This document shows positions 27,729 through 37,357 of a stretch of 64,000 nucleotides of DNA, one piece after another. The stretch comes from Betaproteobacteria bacterium (GTDB lineage: Bacteria; Pseudomonadota; Gammaproteobacteria; Burkholderiales; SG8-39). Numbering within the stretch: position 1 is the stretch's first letter; each line of letters opens with the position of its first letter. The stretch is from assembly GCA_004298385.1 (NCBI GenBank), contig SCTX01000040.1, forward strand, positions 32,571-96,570, read 5' to 3'. A program made the position numbers and the translations under genes. The notes beneath the pieces are model-generated. The model had not been told where the DNA came from and did not search any database. It was given only the letters and a program-made list of their open reading frames with translations.

Positions 27729-27770
27729 TCAACCTCTACAATATAGGAATAGGTCAACAGCAAATGGTCG

Positions 27771-28523
27771 CTAGCGGCAGCGATCACGTTGTCCTTCTAG
27801 ATCCGATTGCGGGTGGCTGAGATAAGCTTCCAAATCCGCCAATCCGTCATGGGACCCGACCTCATAAAAACGTTTGCTAATTTCGAACCCTAACAAACGA
27901 CCATCAATGCTTAATCTGTAAAAGACTGCCGCAAGGTCCATTACTTTTCCAGGAGAAACAAACTCATCAATTACGCTGCGCGTCAATACGGACATTCCAT
28001 AGTCAATATGTCGCATTCCAACCTGACCTGCGTCAATACGCCCCTTCTCGTACAATTCAACGATCCCATCGACATATCGGACGTTGCTCTTATCCCACTC
28101 GTCATCATTTCGAAATACAGTCATCAACGGCTTCTGCCCTTCATCAGATGCTATCCAAACGGGCAAAATGTCAATCGGCAAGAATGAGTCGCCATAAAGC
28201 ACTAGGAATCCAGAATCTAGCAGTCCTTTATCCAATGCAAGGCGAATCGCTCCAGCAGTTCCTTTTAGCTCCATGCCCTCGTCGGCATAAGATACCGACA
28301 GACCCCATCGGCTGCCATCACCAACAAAATCTCGTACCATTTCGCCCAAATAGCCGAGCGAGTAAACAACATTCCTTACGCCTTGACGCGCCAACCAGGA
28401 AAGCTGGTGGTGTGCGAATGGCATTCCAGCCACTTCAACTAGCGTCTTTGGAATTGTTTGCGTAATAGGACGCAGTCGCTTACCAAGTCCTCCAGCCAAA
28501 ATAAGGCACTGCACGTATATCAC
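27771..28523 (-). CDS. hddC: Sugar-1-phosphate nucleotidyltransferase, HddC-like (D-glycero-alpha-D-manno-heptose-1-P guanylyltransferase)
   Basis: 'ILAGGLGKRLRPIT..PKTLVEV'; clustered with the hddA/gmhB/gmhA homologues. Confidence 0.7.
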   Translation of the reverse strand: MIYVQCLILAGGLGKRLRPITQTIPKTLVEVAGMPFAHHQLSWLARQGVRNVVYSLGYLGEMVRDFVGDGSRWGLSVSYADEGMELKGTAGAIRLALDKGLLDSGFLVLYGDSFLPIDILPVWIASDEGQKPLMTVFRNDDEWDKSNVRYVDGIVELYEKGRIDAGQVGMRHIDYGMSVLTRSVIDEFVSPGKVMDLAAVFYRLSIDGRLLGFEISKRFYEVGSHDGLADLEAYLSHPQSDLEGQRDRCR

Positions 28524-29500
28524 CCTCTAAGCAGAACAGTGGAACCGTCAAAGTCGAAACCGACCTCCATTTCATGTAGTCCAATTTCGTTCATTGCTCT
28601 GCGAAGTCGACGGCGATCACGCGTATAGAACAACAGAAAGCCGCCGCCACCCGCTCCCACAAGCTTTCCACCGATAGCACCGTGCGCGCGGCCATGCTCG
28701 TAGGCGTCGTCTATTTGTTGGCTGGACATGCTTGCCGAACGCCGTTTCTTATGAAGCCAGTGCTCGTGCATTAGTTCGCCGAATGCATCAGGATTATTGT
28801 TTTCTAGCGCATCCTTGATCCTAAGACCTAAGCTCTTCACGAAATGAAGGTTATCTAGCATCTGAGAGTCATTATTCAGCGATTTCGATTTCTGGTCCCG
28901 CAACAACTCCGAGGCGTTACGGCTATAACCAGTAAAGAACAGCATCAAACCTTCCCGTAACTCGCGGACGGCCACGTCGCTCATCCCTAGCGATGAAATT
29001 TTGACCGAACCGTCTGCAAAATATTCTTGGCAGGTAAGACCCCCGTAGGCGGCGATGTACTGGTCCTGCTTACCCACTGGTTCGCTCAGACGGTTCATCT
29101 CTATTTCAACTGCCTCTTTCGCCAGAGTCTCCGCGTCCACCGGACGCTGCTTAAGTGCATGAAGCGCGTGAACAAGACCTACAGTGAAGCTTCCAGACGA
29201 CCCTAGTCCTGTGCCGGCCGGCACGTCGGCAACAGATACCATCTCAATACCGGGTTGAATCTCATGCATGCGGAATGCTTCGCGGATGATTCGATGTTCG
29301 ATGCCATCTATCGTGTCAGTCAATTCCAGCTTGGAATACTTAAGCCGATAATCTGGCGTAAAGCTGCGGCTTAGCGCAATGTAGACGTAGCGATTGATTG
29401 CCGCCGATATTACAAAGCCGCCATGCTTTTGGTAATAGCTAGGAAGATCCGTTCCGCCACCAGCGATCGAGATCCTTAGAGGAGTCCGCGTTATTAACAT
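28520..29500 (-). CDS. hddA: GHMP sugar kinase, HddA-like (D-glycero-alpha-D-manno-heptose-7-P kinase)
   Basis: ATG 29500 gives 'MLITRTPLRISIAGGGTDLPSYY'; GHMP motif 'PAGTGLGSSGS'. Confidence 0.75.
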   Translation of the reverse strand: MLITRTPLRISIAGGGTDLPSYYQKHGGFVISAAINRYVYIALSRSFTPDYRLKYSKLELTDTIDGIEHRIIREAFRMHEIQPGIEMVSVADVPAGTGLGSSGSFTVGLVHALHALKQRPVDAETLAKEAVEIEMNRLSEPVGKQDQYIAAYGGLTCQEYFADGSVKISSLGMSDVAVRELREGLMLFFTGYSRNASELLRDQKSKSLNNDSQMLDNLHFVKSLGLRIKDALENNNPDAFGELMHEHWLHKKRRSASMSSQQIDDAYEHGRAHGAIGGKLVGAGGGGFLLFYTRDRRRLRRAMNEIGLHEMEVGFDFDGSTVLLRG

Positions 29501-29558
29501 ATTCTTGAAGATATTTTGTTTTCGGCAACCCCCGGGAAACTTAGTGGCCACACACCAC

Positions 29559-30275
29559 TTATAATTTGAACCCAGCAGCGACGGCATCATCGTAGAACAT
29601 CTTCACCGTTTCCAGGGAGAACTGACTGAGATCCTTACCTAGGCCACGAAGCTTGGCGATTAGGTCGTTGGTAACGGTAATTATGTGGCAGCCAAGTTCA
29701 TCGGCCTGTACAACATTCAACACCTCACGGGGGCTGGCCCAAATCATTTCCTGCTGCGGGCGACTCGCCATCAGCGCGAGCGCGTCGCGCACTAAGGGAG
29801 TGGGATCGCGACCCGTATCGGCGATGCGGCCGGCAAACACTGAGATGTAGCACGGCGGCGCGTCAGCCAGAACTTCGGAAACCTCTCGAACCTGTTCCAA
29901 CGTCATGATAGCCGTAACGTTGAGCTTTACGCCCTTGGCAGAGAGTTTGGCAAGCAGCGCAGCGGCGCTTTCGCCCCGAGTGTTGGTCACCGGGATTTTG
30001 ACATAGACATTCTCACCCCACCCGTTGATCTTCAGCGCTTGGCGTTCCATGTCATCGAATTCGTCGGAGAAGACCTCAAGTGAAATTGGGCGGTCAGTGA
30101 TCTCGCTAAGAATGTCGCGAGCAAATCCTTCGTAGTCGGAAATGCCAGACTTCCGCATCAAGGTTGGGTTCGTGGTGAACCCCTTGATTAGGGGGTTGCG
30201 GTAGTTTGCGAGCAGTCCTGCCTTGTCCGCGCCGTCCGCAAAAATCTTTATCTTCAACTTGCCCAGTGCTTTCAT
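29559..30275 (-). CDS. Transaldolase-family protein (short TalC/Fsa-like)
   Basis: ATG 30275; 'KIKIFADGAD', 'GFTTNPTLM', 'VYVKIPVT'. Confidence 0.75.
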   Translation of the reverse strand: MKALGKLKIKIFADGADKAGLLANYRNPLIKGFTTNPTLMRKSGISDYEGFARDILSEITDRPISLEVFSDEFDDMERQALKINGWGENVYVKIPVTNTRGESAAALLAKLSAKGVKLNVTAIMTLEQVREVSEVLADAPPCYISVFAGRIADTGRDPTPLVRDALALMASRPQQEMIWASPREVLNVVQADELGCHIITVTNDLIAKLRGLGKDLSQFSLETVKMFYDDAVAAGFKL

Positions 30276-30279
30276 TTCT

Positions 30280-30852
30280 CTACTCCGTCGTAAGTTCGCT
30301 CTTCCAACATCCCATGTTTTTTGCTCCCGCAAAAGACAAAACCCAGGGAACGGCAGCGGCCAGATTCGAAACAATCAGGTCCGGCGCGGGCGGCCGACGT
30401 TCCTGATAGCCGCGATCGACGAAAACAGTACGGCAGCCTGCGGCCTGACCAGCGGCGATATCGCGCCAGCGATCACCGATCATAATGCTGCCGCGGAGTT
30501 CAATACCCATACTCTCGGCCGCCTGAGTCAAAAGACCTGGCTTGGGCTTCCGGCAAGCACAGCTGTCATTGTCATCGTGGTAGCAAACAAGAACCGCGTC
30601 GAGGCGTAAACGCGCTACCAGAACCTCGTTGATCGCCTCGACCCGCTCGCGCGATTGGCTTCCCCGTGCGACGTCCGGCTGGTTGGTGACACAGACAAGG
30701 GTCAAGCCTGCATTGCGCAAGCGTTCGCAGGCGTCCTCGACACCCGGCAAAATAGCTAATTCCTCGACTCCGCGCGGAGGATAGGTACGACCATCCCGCA
30801 AGATGGTCTCATTTAGCACGCCATCGCGATCCAAAAATACTGCTGCGCGCAT
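30280..30852 (-). CDS. gmhB: D,D-heptose 1,7-bisphosphate phosphatase (HAD)
   Basis: ATG 30852 gives 'MRAAVFLDRDGVLN'; 'VCVTNQPDVARG', 'CRKPKPG', 'IGDRWRDIAAG'. Confidence 0.8.
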   Translation of the reverse strand: MRAAVFLDRDGVLNETILRDGRTYPPRGVEELAILPGVEDACERLRNAGLTLVCVTNQPDVARGSQSRERVEAINEVLVARLRLDAVLVCYHDDNDSCACRKPKPGLLTQAAESMGIELRGSIMIGDRWRDIAAGQAAGCRTVFVDRGYQERRPPAPDLIVSNLAAAVPWVLSFAGAKNMGCWKSELTTE

Positions 30853-30856
30853 GCTC

Positions 30857-31843
30857 TTAGAGCCTCCCTGCTCGGGCATCTTCGATCAGCGCCATCAAGG
30901 ACGAGCGCAATGCAGCACGGCAATTATTCCTGCAGGTCCAGCCGAGGCTCTCGATGCGATCGGTATTGAGTCGCACCATCGGCACGTCGCCCTTCCAACC
31001 GCGACTACCGCCGCTGTATTCGAAGCGGACATGCTCCAATTGCAGGCAATCAACCGCTAGTTCGGCGATTTCGGTGACGGTGATGTAGTCGCCGGTGGCG
31101 ACGTTAAAGACATCGAAACGCTTGGGACTTGTGCGATGGGCGTGCAGCACGGCCGAAACCACGTCTTCGATGTGAATGTAAGACTTGCTCTGAGAACCAT
31201 CACCCAGGATCGACAGTCGTTCGGGCTCGCGCAGCAAACGCCGCACGAAGTCGAACCCGACGCCGTGTGTCTGCCTCGGTCCGACCACATTACCGAAGCG
31301 GAAGGCGCAGCCGGACAAATCGAACATCGCGCAATAGGACATGATCAAAGCTTCACCGGATAGCTTGCTGGCCCCATAAGTGGACACCGGGAGCAACGGC
31401 CCCCAGTCCTCGTGGGCTGCGATCTCGCCCAAATCACCGTAGACACCACTACCTGAGGCGTAAAGGATGCGGTGGCAGTCACTTCTGCGCATCGCCTCAA
31501 CGACGTTGTTGGTCAGCAAAGTGCCCTCGTAGAAATCCACCTGTGGGTCGATGGCAGCACGGGCGATGTCGGGGTTGGAGGCAAGGTGAATGCAGATGTC
31601 ATGCCCGGCCATGGTCGCTTCCAGCAGCGAAAGATCCTTCACATCACCGCGGACCGCGTTGAATCTAGAATCCTTCAGATGATGTTCGTAGTGCCATTCA
31701 CGGCCGGATGAGAAGTTGTCGTAAATCGTCACTTTTCTCGTTTCCGAATCGCCCAACAGCCGATCGCAGAAATGACTGCCGATGAACCCTGCCCCGCCAA
31801 CAATGATGTAGCGCTTGCCGTCAACGGCCCAGGCAAAGCTCAC
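30857..31843 (-). CDS. NAD-dependent epimerase/dehydratase (heptose-tailoring candidate)
   Basis: GTG 31843 overlaps the gmhA stop (GTGA); 'GGAGFIGSH', 'YGASKLSGE'. Confidence 0.7.
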   Translation of the reverse strand: MSFAWAVDGKRYIIVGGAGFIGSHFCDRLLGDSETRKVTIYDNFSSGREWHYEHHLKDSRFNAVRGDVKDLSLLEATMAGHDICIHLASNPDIARAAIDPQVDFYEGTLLTNNVVEAMRRSDCHRILYASGSGVYGDLGEIAAHEDWGPLLPVSTYGASKLSGEALIMSYCAMFDLSGCAFRFGNVVGPRQTHGVGFDFVRRLLREPERLSILGDGSQSKSYIHIEDVVSAVLHAHRTSPKRFDVFNVATGDYITVTEIAELAVDCLQLEHVRFEYSGGSRGWKGDVPMVRLNTDRIESLGWTCRNNCRAALRSSLMALIEDARAGRL

Positions 31844-32439
31844 TGTTGCGATTCCCACATAGTCTGCGACGCCTTTAGCGCCGGATGTGTGACCAGTAGG
31901 TGCCAGATTACGGCGGCTAAGCCTTCTGTGTGGGGTGTAACTCGCTCCTCGTTGACCACCGGGACGACAACGCAAGTATTCGCCACCTTGGCGGTGTAAC
32001 CGCCGTCGCGGCCGACAATACCGAAGATCTCGGCACCCACCGCCTGGGCCAATTCGATAGCCAGAACCAAGTTGACCGAGATATTCTTCTCTCGATTACC
32101 ACCGCCGACGGAGAAGATCAGCAAAGCATCGCTAGCCTTCAGGCGCGATCCTCTTAGCCAATTGTTAAAGGTGGTATCCCAACCTTCATCGTTAGTGCGA
32201 GCGGTCAACTCCGATACATTGTCCGTCGGACTGTAGGCTTCGAATCCGCAAATTTTGCGGAAGTCATTGACTGCATGGCTGGCATGCCCGGCCGAGCCAC
32301 CGACGCCAAGAATGAACAGCCGGCCGCCGTTGTCACGCACTCGGCGCAAATCTTCCGCCAATTTCTCAATTGCTGACCGATCCAACCGGGCGATAATCTC
32401 CACAGTTTCGCTTAAGAAATCATCCGTGAATCCTGTCAT
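31840..32439 (-). CDS. gmhA: SIS-domain sedoheptulose-7-phosphate isomerase (GmhA-like)
   Basis: 'LFILGVGGSAGHASHAVNDF', 'LLIFSVGGG'; context with hddA/gmhB/hddC. Confidence 0.65.
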   Translation of the reverse strand: MTGFTDDFLSETVEIIARLDRSAIEKLAEDLRRVRDNGGRLFILGVGGSAGHASHAVNDFRKICGFEAYSPTDNVSELTARTNDEGWDTTFNNWLRGSRLKASDALLIFSVGGGNREKNISVNLVLAIELAQAVGAEIFGIVGRDGGYTAKVANTCVVVPVVNEERVTPHTEGLAAVIWHLLVTHPALKASQTMWESQQ

Positions 32440-32521
32440 GACATCCCTCCTTCAACATGGGACGACGTATTCCATCCGTTTCTCCCGAAACGCCGGCCCC
32501 AGACTCGCACCTGGTGCACGA

Positions 32522-33523
32522 TCATGAAGCCGGTCGGGTTACGGCTGCAGCATATGCAGCTTCCACGATCCTAAGGGCTTCGCAACCATCTTCAGCGGTG
32601 GACAAGACGCTGTCAGGTGTGCCATCCAGCACCTTGCGCAGAAAAGCCCGAGTTTCCAGTTCGAAGGACATATCAGGCGTGCCGAAATCTTGCAGACTCC
32701 GCCGGTCCTTGCCGTTCCAAAACCACCGATTGACATATTCGACCGTCTGAACGCCGTAATTTCCGCCTCGGCCGTTCAACAAGATCAGGCCGTCACGTCC
32801 GAAAGCTTCTATGGAAAATAGGTTCTTCCACGACGTGAGACTGACGTCGATAGTCACTTCCGCTGAACCGATGCGTAGCCGCAGCGAACAATTGTCTTCG
32901 ACGTCGACGTTCCAGAACCGACGTCGGAGGTCGCAATCGACTACCTCGGGCTCGCCGAACAAGTGGCGAACCAGATCAACCAGATGAATACCCGGATCGA
33001 TAAGGGCGCCGCCGCCAGCGCGCTTCCTCTGCAGCTTCCATTCTGCCTCCATGCCTGGCCGACCGCCGTGGGCCATGCAGATACGAACCCGGTGGAGATC
33101 ACCCAGCCCGCCCTCACGTAGCAAATCACGCATGGCTGCCACGCCGGAAAGGAAGCGATAATTAAAGCCGGCACATAGATGCAATCCCGCAGCTTTGGAC
33201 TGCGAGCGAATGGCCCCAGCCTCGGCGAGAGTTATGCCCAGCGGCTTTTCACATAGGACATGCGCCTTTCGTTCTAGGGCCCACCGGCAGGCGGAATGGG
33301 CCAGATCGTGGGGAATTGCAATGAAGATGGCGTCGACCGGACCTTGCTCCACCGTGTTTAACTCGGCGATGCTGGAGGCATAGTGGCAGCCCTCGACTTG
33401 CAGCGAAGCCCACCGCGCCGGGTCAGGATCAATGGCGAATGCGATGCGGCACCCCATCTTCTGAGCGATGTGGAATCGCCTCGCGCCGATCAACCCAAGT
33501 CCGACGAATCCGACGCTTATCAC
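32522..33523 (-). CDS. Gfo/Idh/MocA-family oxidoreductase
   Basis: 'VGFVGLGLIG', 'VLCEKPLG'. Confidence 0.7.
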   Translation of the reverse strand: MISVGFVGLGLIGARRFHIAQKMGCRIAFAIDPDPARWASLQVEGCHYASSIAELNTVEQGPVDAIFIAIPHDLAHSACRWALERKAHVLCEKPLGITLAEAGAIRSQSKAAGLHLCAGFNYRFLSGVAAMRDLLREGGLGDLHRVRICMAHGGRPGMEAEWKLQRKRAGGGALIDPGIHLVDLVRHLFGEPEVVDCDLRRRFWNVDVEDNCSLRLRIGSAEVTIDVSLTSWKNLFSIEAFGRDGLILLNGRGGNYGVQTVEYVNRWFWNGKDRRSLQDFGTPDMSFELETRAFLRKVLDGTPDSVLSTAEDGCEALRIVEAAYAAAVTRPAS

Positions 33524-34329
33524 CGCTTTTCAGTCCTTCTCAGTTTTAGAAGGTCGGGGGTGTCAAACAGCCCGATATCGCGCCAATCATCACGCGAGTG
33601 GATAAATCGCCCGTTGATGTGCGCGGAGTCAGGTCCCGCCAGGAATGTCACCAAACGAACCGGTTCGGAAATATCAACCAATGTACGCACCTCGCCTCCG
33701 TAACGACGGATTTCCGCAAGCATATCGGTATCGACCGCCCCCGGGGCGATGATGTTGATGGTAACGTTTGGAGCCTGGATCTCGTCACCGATAATTTCAG
33801 TCATCCGCACCAGCGCGGCTTTGGAAGCGCCATATGGCGAGAACATCGGATAGGAATAGGCAGCACCGCCACCGGCGAAGTTGATGATTCGGCCGAACCC
33901 GGCGCGCTCCATGCCTCCCAACGTCCAACGAATGAAATTACAAGCGCCAACAAGGTTCACGTTGAGAACGTCAATAAAAGCCGACATTGAGCCTTCGCTG
34001 AATCGCCCCCAAGGGCCGATAATAGCAGCGGCATTTACCAGAATATCCACCTGCCCATCCCTAGACACTATCTCCTCGATAACGGACCGCGCAAAGGATT
34101 CGTTTGCCACTGAGCCGACATGGCCATGCGCCCGTCCGCCGGTCGCTACGATGTCTTGCGCTACCTGGATTGCGTTGTCGGAGCGAGAAACAATATGAAC
34201 GCAGACTCCAAGTCGGGCGAATTCAAGCGCGACCGCCCGGCCAATGCCACGCCCGCCGCCCGTAACGATCGCACACTTGCCGTGTAAAGACTTCACTAAA
34301 TCAGGGGCGGAGCTATTTTCTGCAGCCAT
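33520..34329 (-). CDS. Short-chain dehydrogenase/reductase
   Basis: 'VTGGGRGIGRA', 'YGASKAAL'. Confidence 0.8.
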   Translation of the reverse strand: MAAENSSAPDLVKSLHGKCAIVTGGGRGIGRAVALEFARLGVCVHIVSRSDNAIQVAQDIVATGGRAHGHVGSVANESFARSVIEEIVSRDGQVDILVNAAAIIGPWGRFSEGSMSAFIDVLNVNLVGACNFIRWTLGGMERAGFGRIINFAGGGAAYSYPMFSPYGASKAALVRMTEIIGDEIQAPNVTINIIAPGAVDTDMLAEIRRYGGEVRTLVDISEPVRLVTFLAGPDSAHINGRFIHSRDDWRDIGLFDTPDLLKLRRTEKR

Positions 34330-34388
34330 TCTAATTGTACTGTGCTATGGAATCTCTGATTAAGTCCACCGAAGTGAACGGGTAAACG

Positions 34389-35270
34389 TCAACTCTGCGC
34401 TTGCCATTGCCGGGGCGCTTCCCACGCCGACCGCCGGACGATCACATCATGCCTTTTGGCCTGCTCTCGAAAGCGGGCGGGTTCGAGCCGGCGCCGCTCG
34501 TCATTCCAGCTCCAGAATCGATATCCCAATTCCGCCAGGAAGCTCTCGACCGCGTCCTGATGCTTGGTGCATTCCAGAAGTAGTGTCAATTCTTTCTGCG
34601 CCAATATGGCTCGCGCCCCCTGGAGCACCGCCAACTCGGCGCCTTCGACGTCGACGATCATAAGTTCGACTGTCGACAGTTCCCGAGGCCGGAGAGATCC
34701 GAAGTAATCGTCAAGGGTAAGCGCTTCAACTAACTCGTCGGAATCGAGCGGATGGTCCACCGCTTCGATTCGCTCGACGAAGCGATGGCCGTCGTAGGAT
34801 GGGTGCATTGGATCGGCGCGCAGAAAGAGCTTTCCCGATGCACTCGAAAGTGCTGCTCGATTGGCACTGACGTTGCGGCACCGATTGAGTTCGAGGTTCC
34901 TGATGAGGCGAGCGTACGTGGTTGCGGAGGGTTCGAAGGCATGCACCTCCCCTTCATGTCCCACAAGCGTCGAAGCCATCACGACATAAAGCCCGACATT
35001 TGCCCCAACGTTTACCACCCGCATCCCGGGCTTGAGGTATGCCTCGACGAAATTACGCTCGAGCGACTCAAAATTGCCTTTCCACAATTGTTCGGCAATC
35101 TGACCTTCCGGATGCAGCCGGACGGTCACGTTTCCGGCACGATACAGCACCGGGCGCCGACTTGCGCAAATGAGGCGCCATCGAAGATCTAGATACCCAA
35201 GCCACCAGGGAAGGAGGCACTCGCGTATCCGCGGATGGCGACGTATCTTATGCTGCAACCAACTTGGCAT
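34389..35270 (-). CDS. FkbM-family methyltransferase
   Basis: 'VVNVGANVGLYVVMAS..VHAFEPSATTYARLIRNL'. Confidence 0.7.
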   Translation of the reverse strand: MPSWLQHKIRRHPRIRECLLPWWLGYLDLRWRLICASRRPVLYRAGNVTVRLHPEGQIAEQLWKGNFESLERNFVEAYLKPGMRVVNVGANVGLYVVMASTLVGHEGEVHAFEPSATTYARLIRNLELNRCRNVSANRAALSSASGKLFLRADPMHPSYDGHRFVERIEAVDHPLDSDELVEALTLDDYFGSLRPRELSTVELMIVDVEGAELAVLQGARAILAQKELTLLLECTKHQDAVESFLAELGYRFWSWNDERRRLEPARFREQAKRHDVIVRRSAWEAPRQWQAQS

Positions 35271-35356
35271 AGTTGTCTATCCTGCAAGAAGATGCGGCGG
35301 GCACACAAAGCGCCAATGCCTCGACTGGTATGAGCGAATACCAAATGCCGCTGCCC

Positions 35357-36226
35357 TCATACGCGCTTTAGCACGGAAAGGAATACCTCGTACCGATTGA
35401 TCGGCGACGTGACGACAACTTGCCGATAGACGGCCCAGAATGCTTGGAACAACACCCCTAAGAAACGCAAATATAGCAAGCGGGGCATGCGCTCATGGTC
35501 GTATTTTGCGAATACGCGGCGGGATAGCGACCGCGGCGCAAACACTTGAAAGACCCCCCTTAGCACGGGCGCGATCACGCGCTCGGCGGCCGATGGTGTG
35601 CCTTCGAAGTTCCATTTGCCCGTAAGAACATCGAAGGAGCGCGAGGGGCTGTTTAGGATTACCTGATGCAGCTTCCATTTTTCTTCGATCCAATGAACTT
35701 CCGTTGTAGCAAGACCGAACTGCCGAGCAAGCTGATCGAGAGTGACGGGGTCGACCCAGCACGTATGCTCAGGATTTACGATGATATCGTTCTTGAAGGC
35801 CGAATAAAAATATTGCTCTGTATAGAACGGGTTCGGCGTGGATATGAGCGCGCATCCACCGGGCTTAAGCAGCCGCCCGATGTTCAGCATCAAACCCTCG
35901 AAGGACGACAGATGCTCGATAAGGTGTCCAACGACGATAACGTCGAAGCGCTCTTCGATCTCGATAGGCTTGTTGACGTCGGCGGCTATTACGCGATACC
36001 CGCGCTTGGCGAGTTCCTGGACCTCATCCTCGAGGTAATCGAGGCCCAAAACGCTTTCGGCCACCTCGGTGATCGCGCGGTGAATCCAGCCGCGATCCTC
36101 GACGTGCTCCAGATTGTGGTTCACGCAACCGATGTCGAGGACTGCCATTCCTCGACAGTAGTGCTTTGTTATCTCGATCCGTGAGACCGGGCGGCGCAAA
36201 TTCGCCCGGAGCATTTCCCTATGCAT
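35357..36226 (-). CDS. Class I SAM-dependent methyltransferase
   Basis: ATG 36226 ('MHREMLRANL'); 'VLDIGCVNH', 'DVIVVGHLIEHL', 'LLKPGG'. Confidence 0.65.
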   Translation of the reverse strand: MHREMLRANLRRPVSRIEITKHYCRGMAVLDIGCVNHNLEHVEDRGWIHRAITEVAESVLGLDYLEDEVQELAKRGYRVIAADVNKPIEIEERFDVIVVGHLIEHLSSFEGLMLNIGRLLKPGGCALISTPNPFYTEQYFYSAFKNDIIVNPEHTCWVDPVTLDQLARQFGLATTEVHWIEEKWKLHQVILNSPSRSFDVLTGKWNFEGTPSAAERVIAPVLRGVFQVFAPRSLSRRVFAKYDHERMPRLLYLRFLGVLFQAFWAVYRQVVVTSPINRYEVFLSVLKRV

Positions 36227-36385
36227 TACACCGTGCTCCGCCAAAACCGCGACCGCTCCAACCGAGCGCCCGCACGACCACCCGTTACGCGACGTTTTGC
36301 AGGAGCGCTCCCCGCGAACTTTCGCCAACAAGCCGCATTCGGAAGGCGTTCATCGCGAACTCTCGGCACAAATCGATCGAAAATA

Positions 36386-37357
36386 TTAATATCCAAACAC
36401 AGTCCTTATGAAATATCTAATCCTGCCGGCGATCCTCCGCTTCCAACCGTAGCTGGCGACTAAGTCGGAGTAGCTCGACTCCCAAGCCGCCAATGCTTCC
36501 TTTCTCTCACTATCGCTCGTCAATTGCACGACTTCGAAAACCTCAGTTGTCTCTCCGTTCGCGGCGAAGGCGGCAAGCTCCTTCGCATGCCACTCACGTA
36601 CTCTCGCCATGTTCCGCTCGATCATCGGACTGACAGGGGCATGCTCCTTTGCTCGAGTGCCGCCCCAATCGAGGTCCGAACGGAAGCGTATTGCGAACAC
36701 GCCGTTTCGATAACCTGCACTGAGACAGCGAAGGGCATATTCCGTATCATCATGTGCATAGGGAGCGAGCTTCTCTTCGAGTAAGCCGATTTCCCGAACC
36801 AACTTGAATGGTAGGCAAACGGGGCTCTTGATCGGCACATGACGGTAGGTGAAGTGGCCAGGCATCACTATCTGGGAATTATCACTGAAGTGCGCGTACG
36901 CGTTTTCCGCGAATTCGACGAGCGGAACCGGGACTTTAGAGGTCGCGGCGTCCTTCGCGAAATTCGCGCCAAAGCGGAGCGATATATAGCCGAGTCGGCT
37001 CCCCGCCCATTCATACAATGCGGCGATCTTTTGTTCGAGCAGAAAATCCTCCAGCAGCACGTCGTCCTGGAGGATAATGTTGAACCCGTCTCCCTCTTGG
37101 CTGGCGGCGCGGAGTCCGGCGTTGATCGACAGTAGCTCGTGGACATCTGGCGCATAAACTTTCGTGATTGGAATGCCCGAAAAACTTTCGATCACACGAT
37201 CGATGACCTTTTCCGTCCCATCCGTACACCCGTCAAGTACCGGATAGACATGGCTGGCGTCGCGAGCGCAAATAAGAACGCACATCAGCACCTGCTCTAT
37301 TAGGTCTTCCTTGTTATGGATAGTAATAATGTAATTAAATCTTCGTCTCATACACAT
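36386..37357 (-). CDS. Glycosyltransferase family 2-like
   Basis: 'YIITIHNKEDLIEQVL..VLDGCTDGT', 'ILQDDV'. Confidence 0.7.
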   Translation of the reverse strand: MCMRRRFNYIITIHNKEDLIEQVLMCVLICARDASHVYPVLDGCTDGTEKVIDRVIESFSGIPITKVYAPDVHELLSINAGLRAASQEGDGFNIILQDDVLLEDFLLEQKIAALYEWAGSRLGYISLRFGANFAKDAATSKVPVPLVEFAENAYAHFSDNSQIVMPGHFTYRHVPIKSPVCLPFKLVREIGLLEEKLAPYAHDDTEYALRCLSAGYRNGVFAIRFRSDLDWGGTRAKEHAPVSPMIERNMARVREWHAKELAAFAANGETTEVFEVVQLTSDSERKEALAAWESSYSDLVASYGWKRRIAGRIRYFIRTVFGY

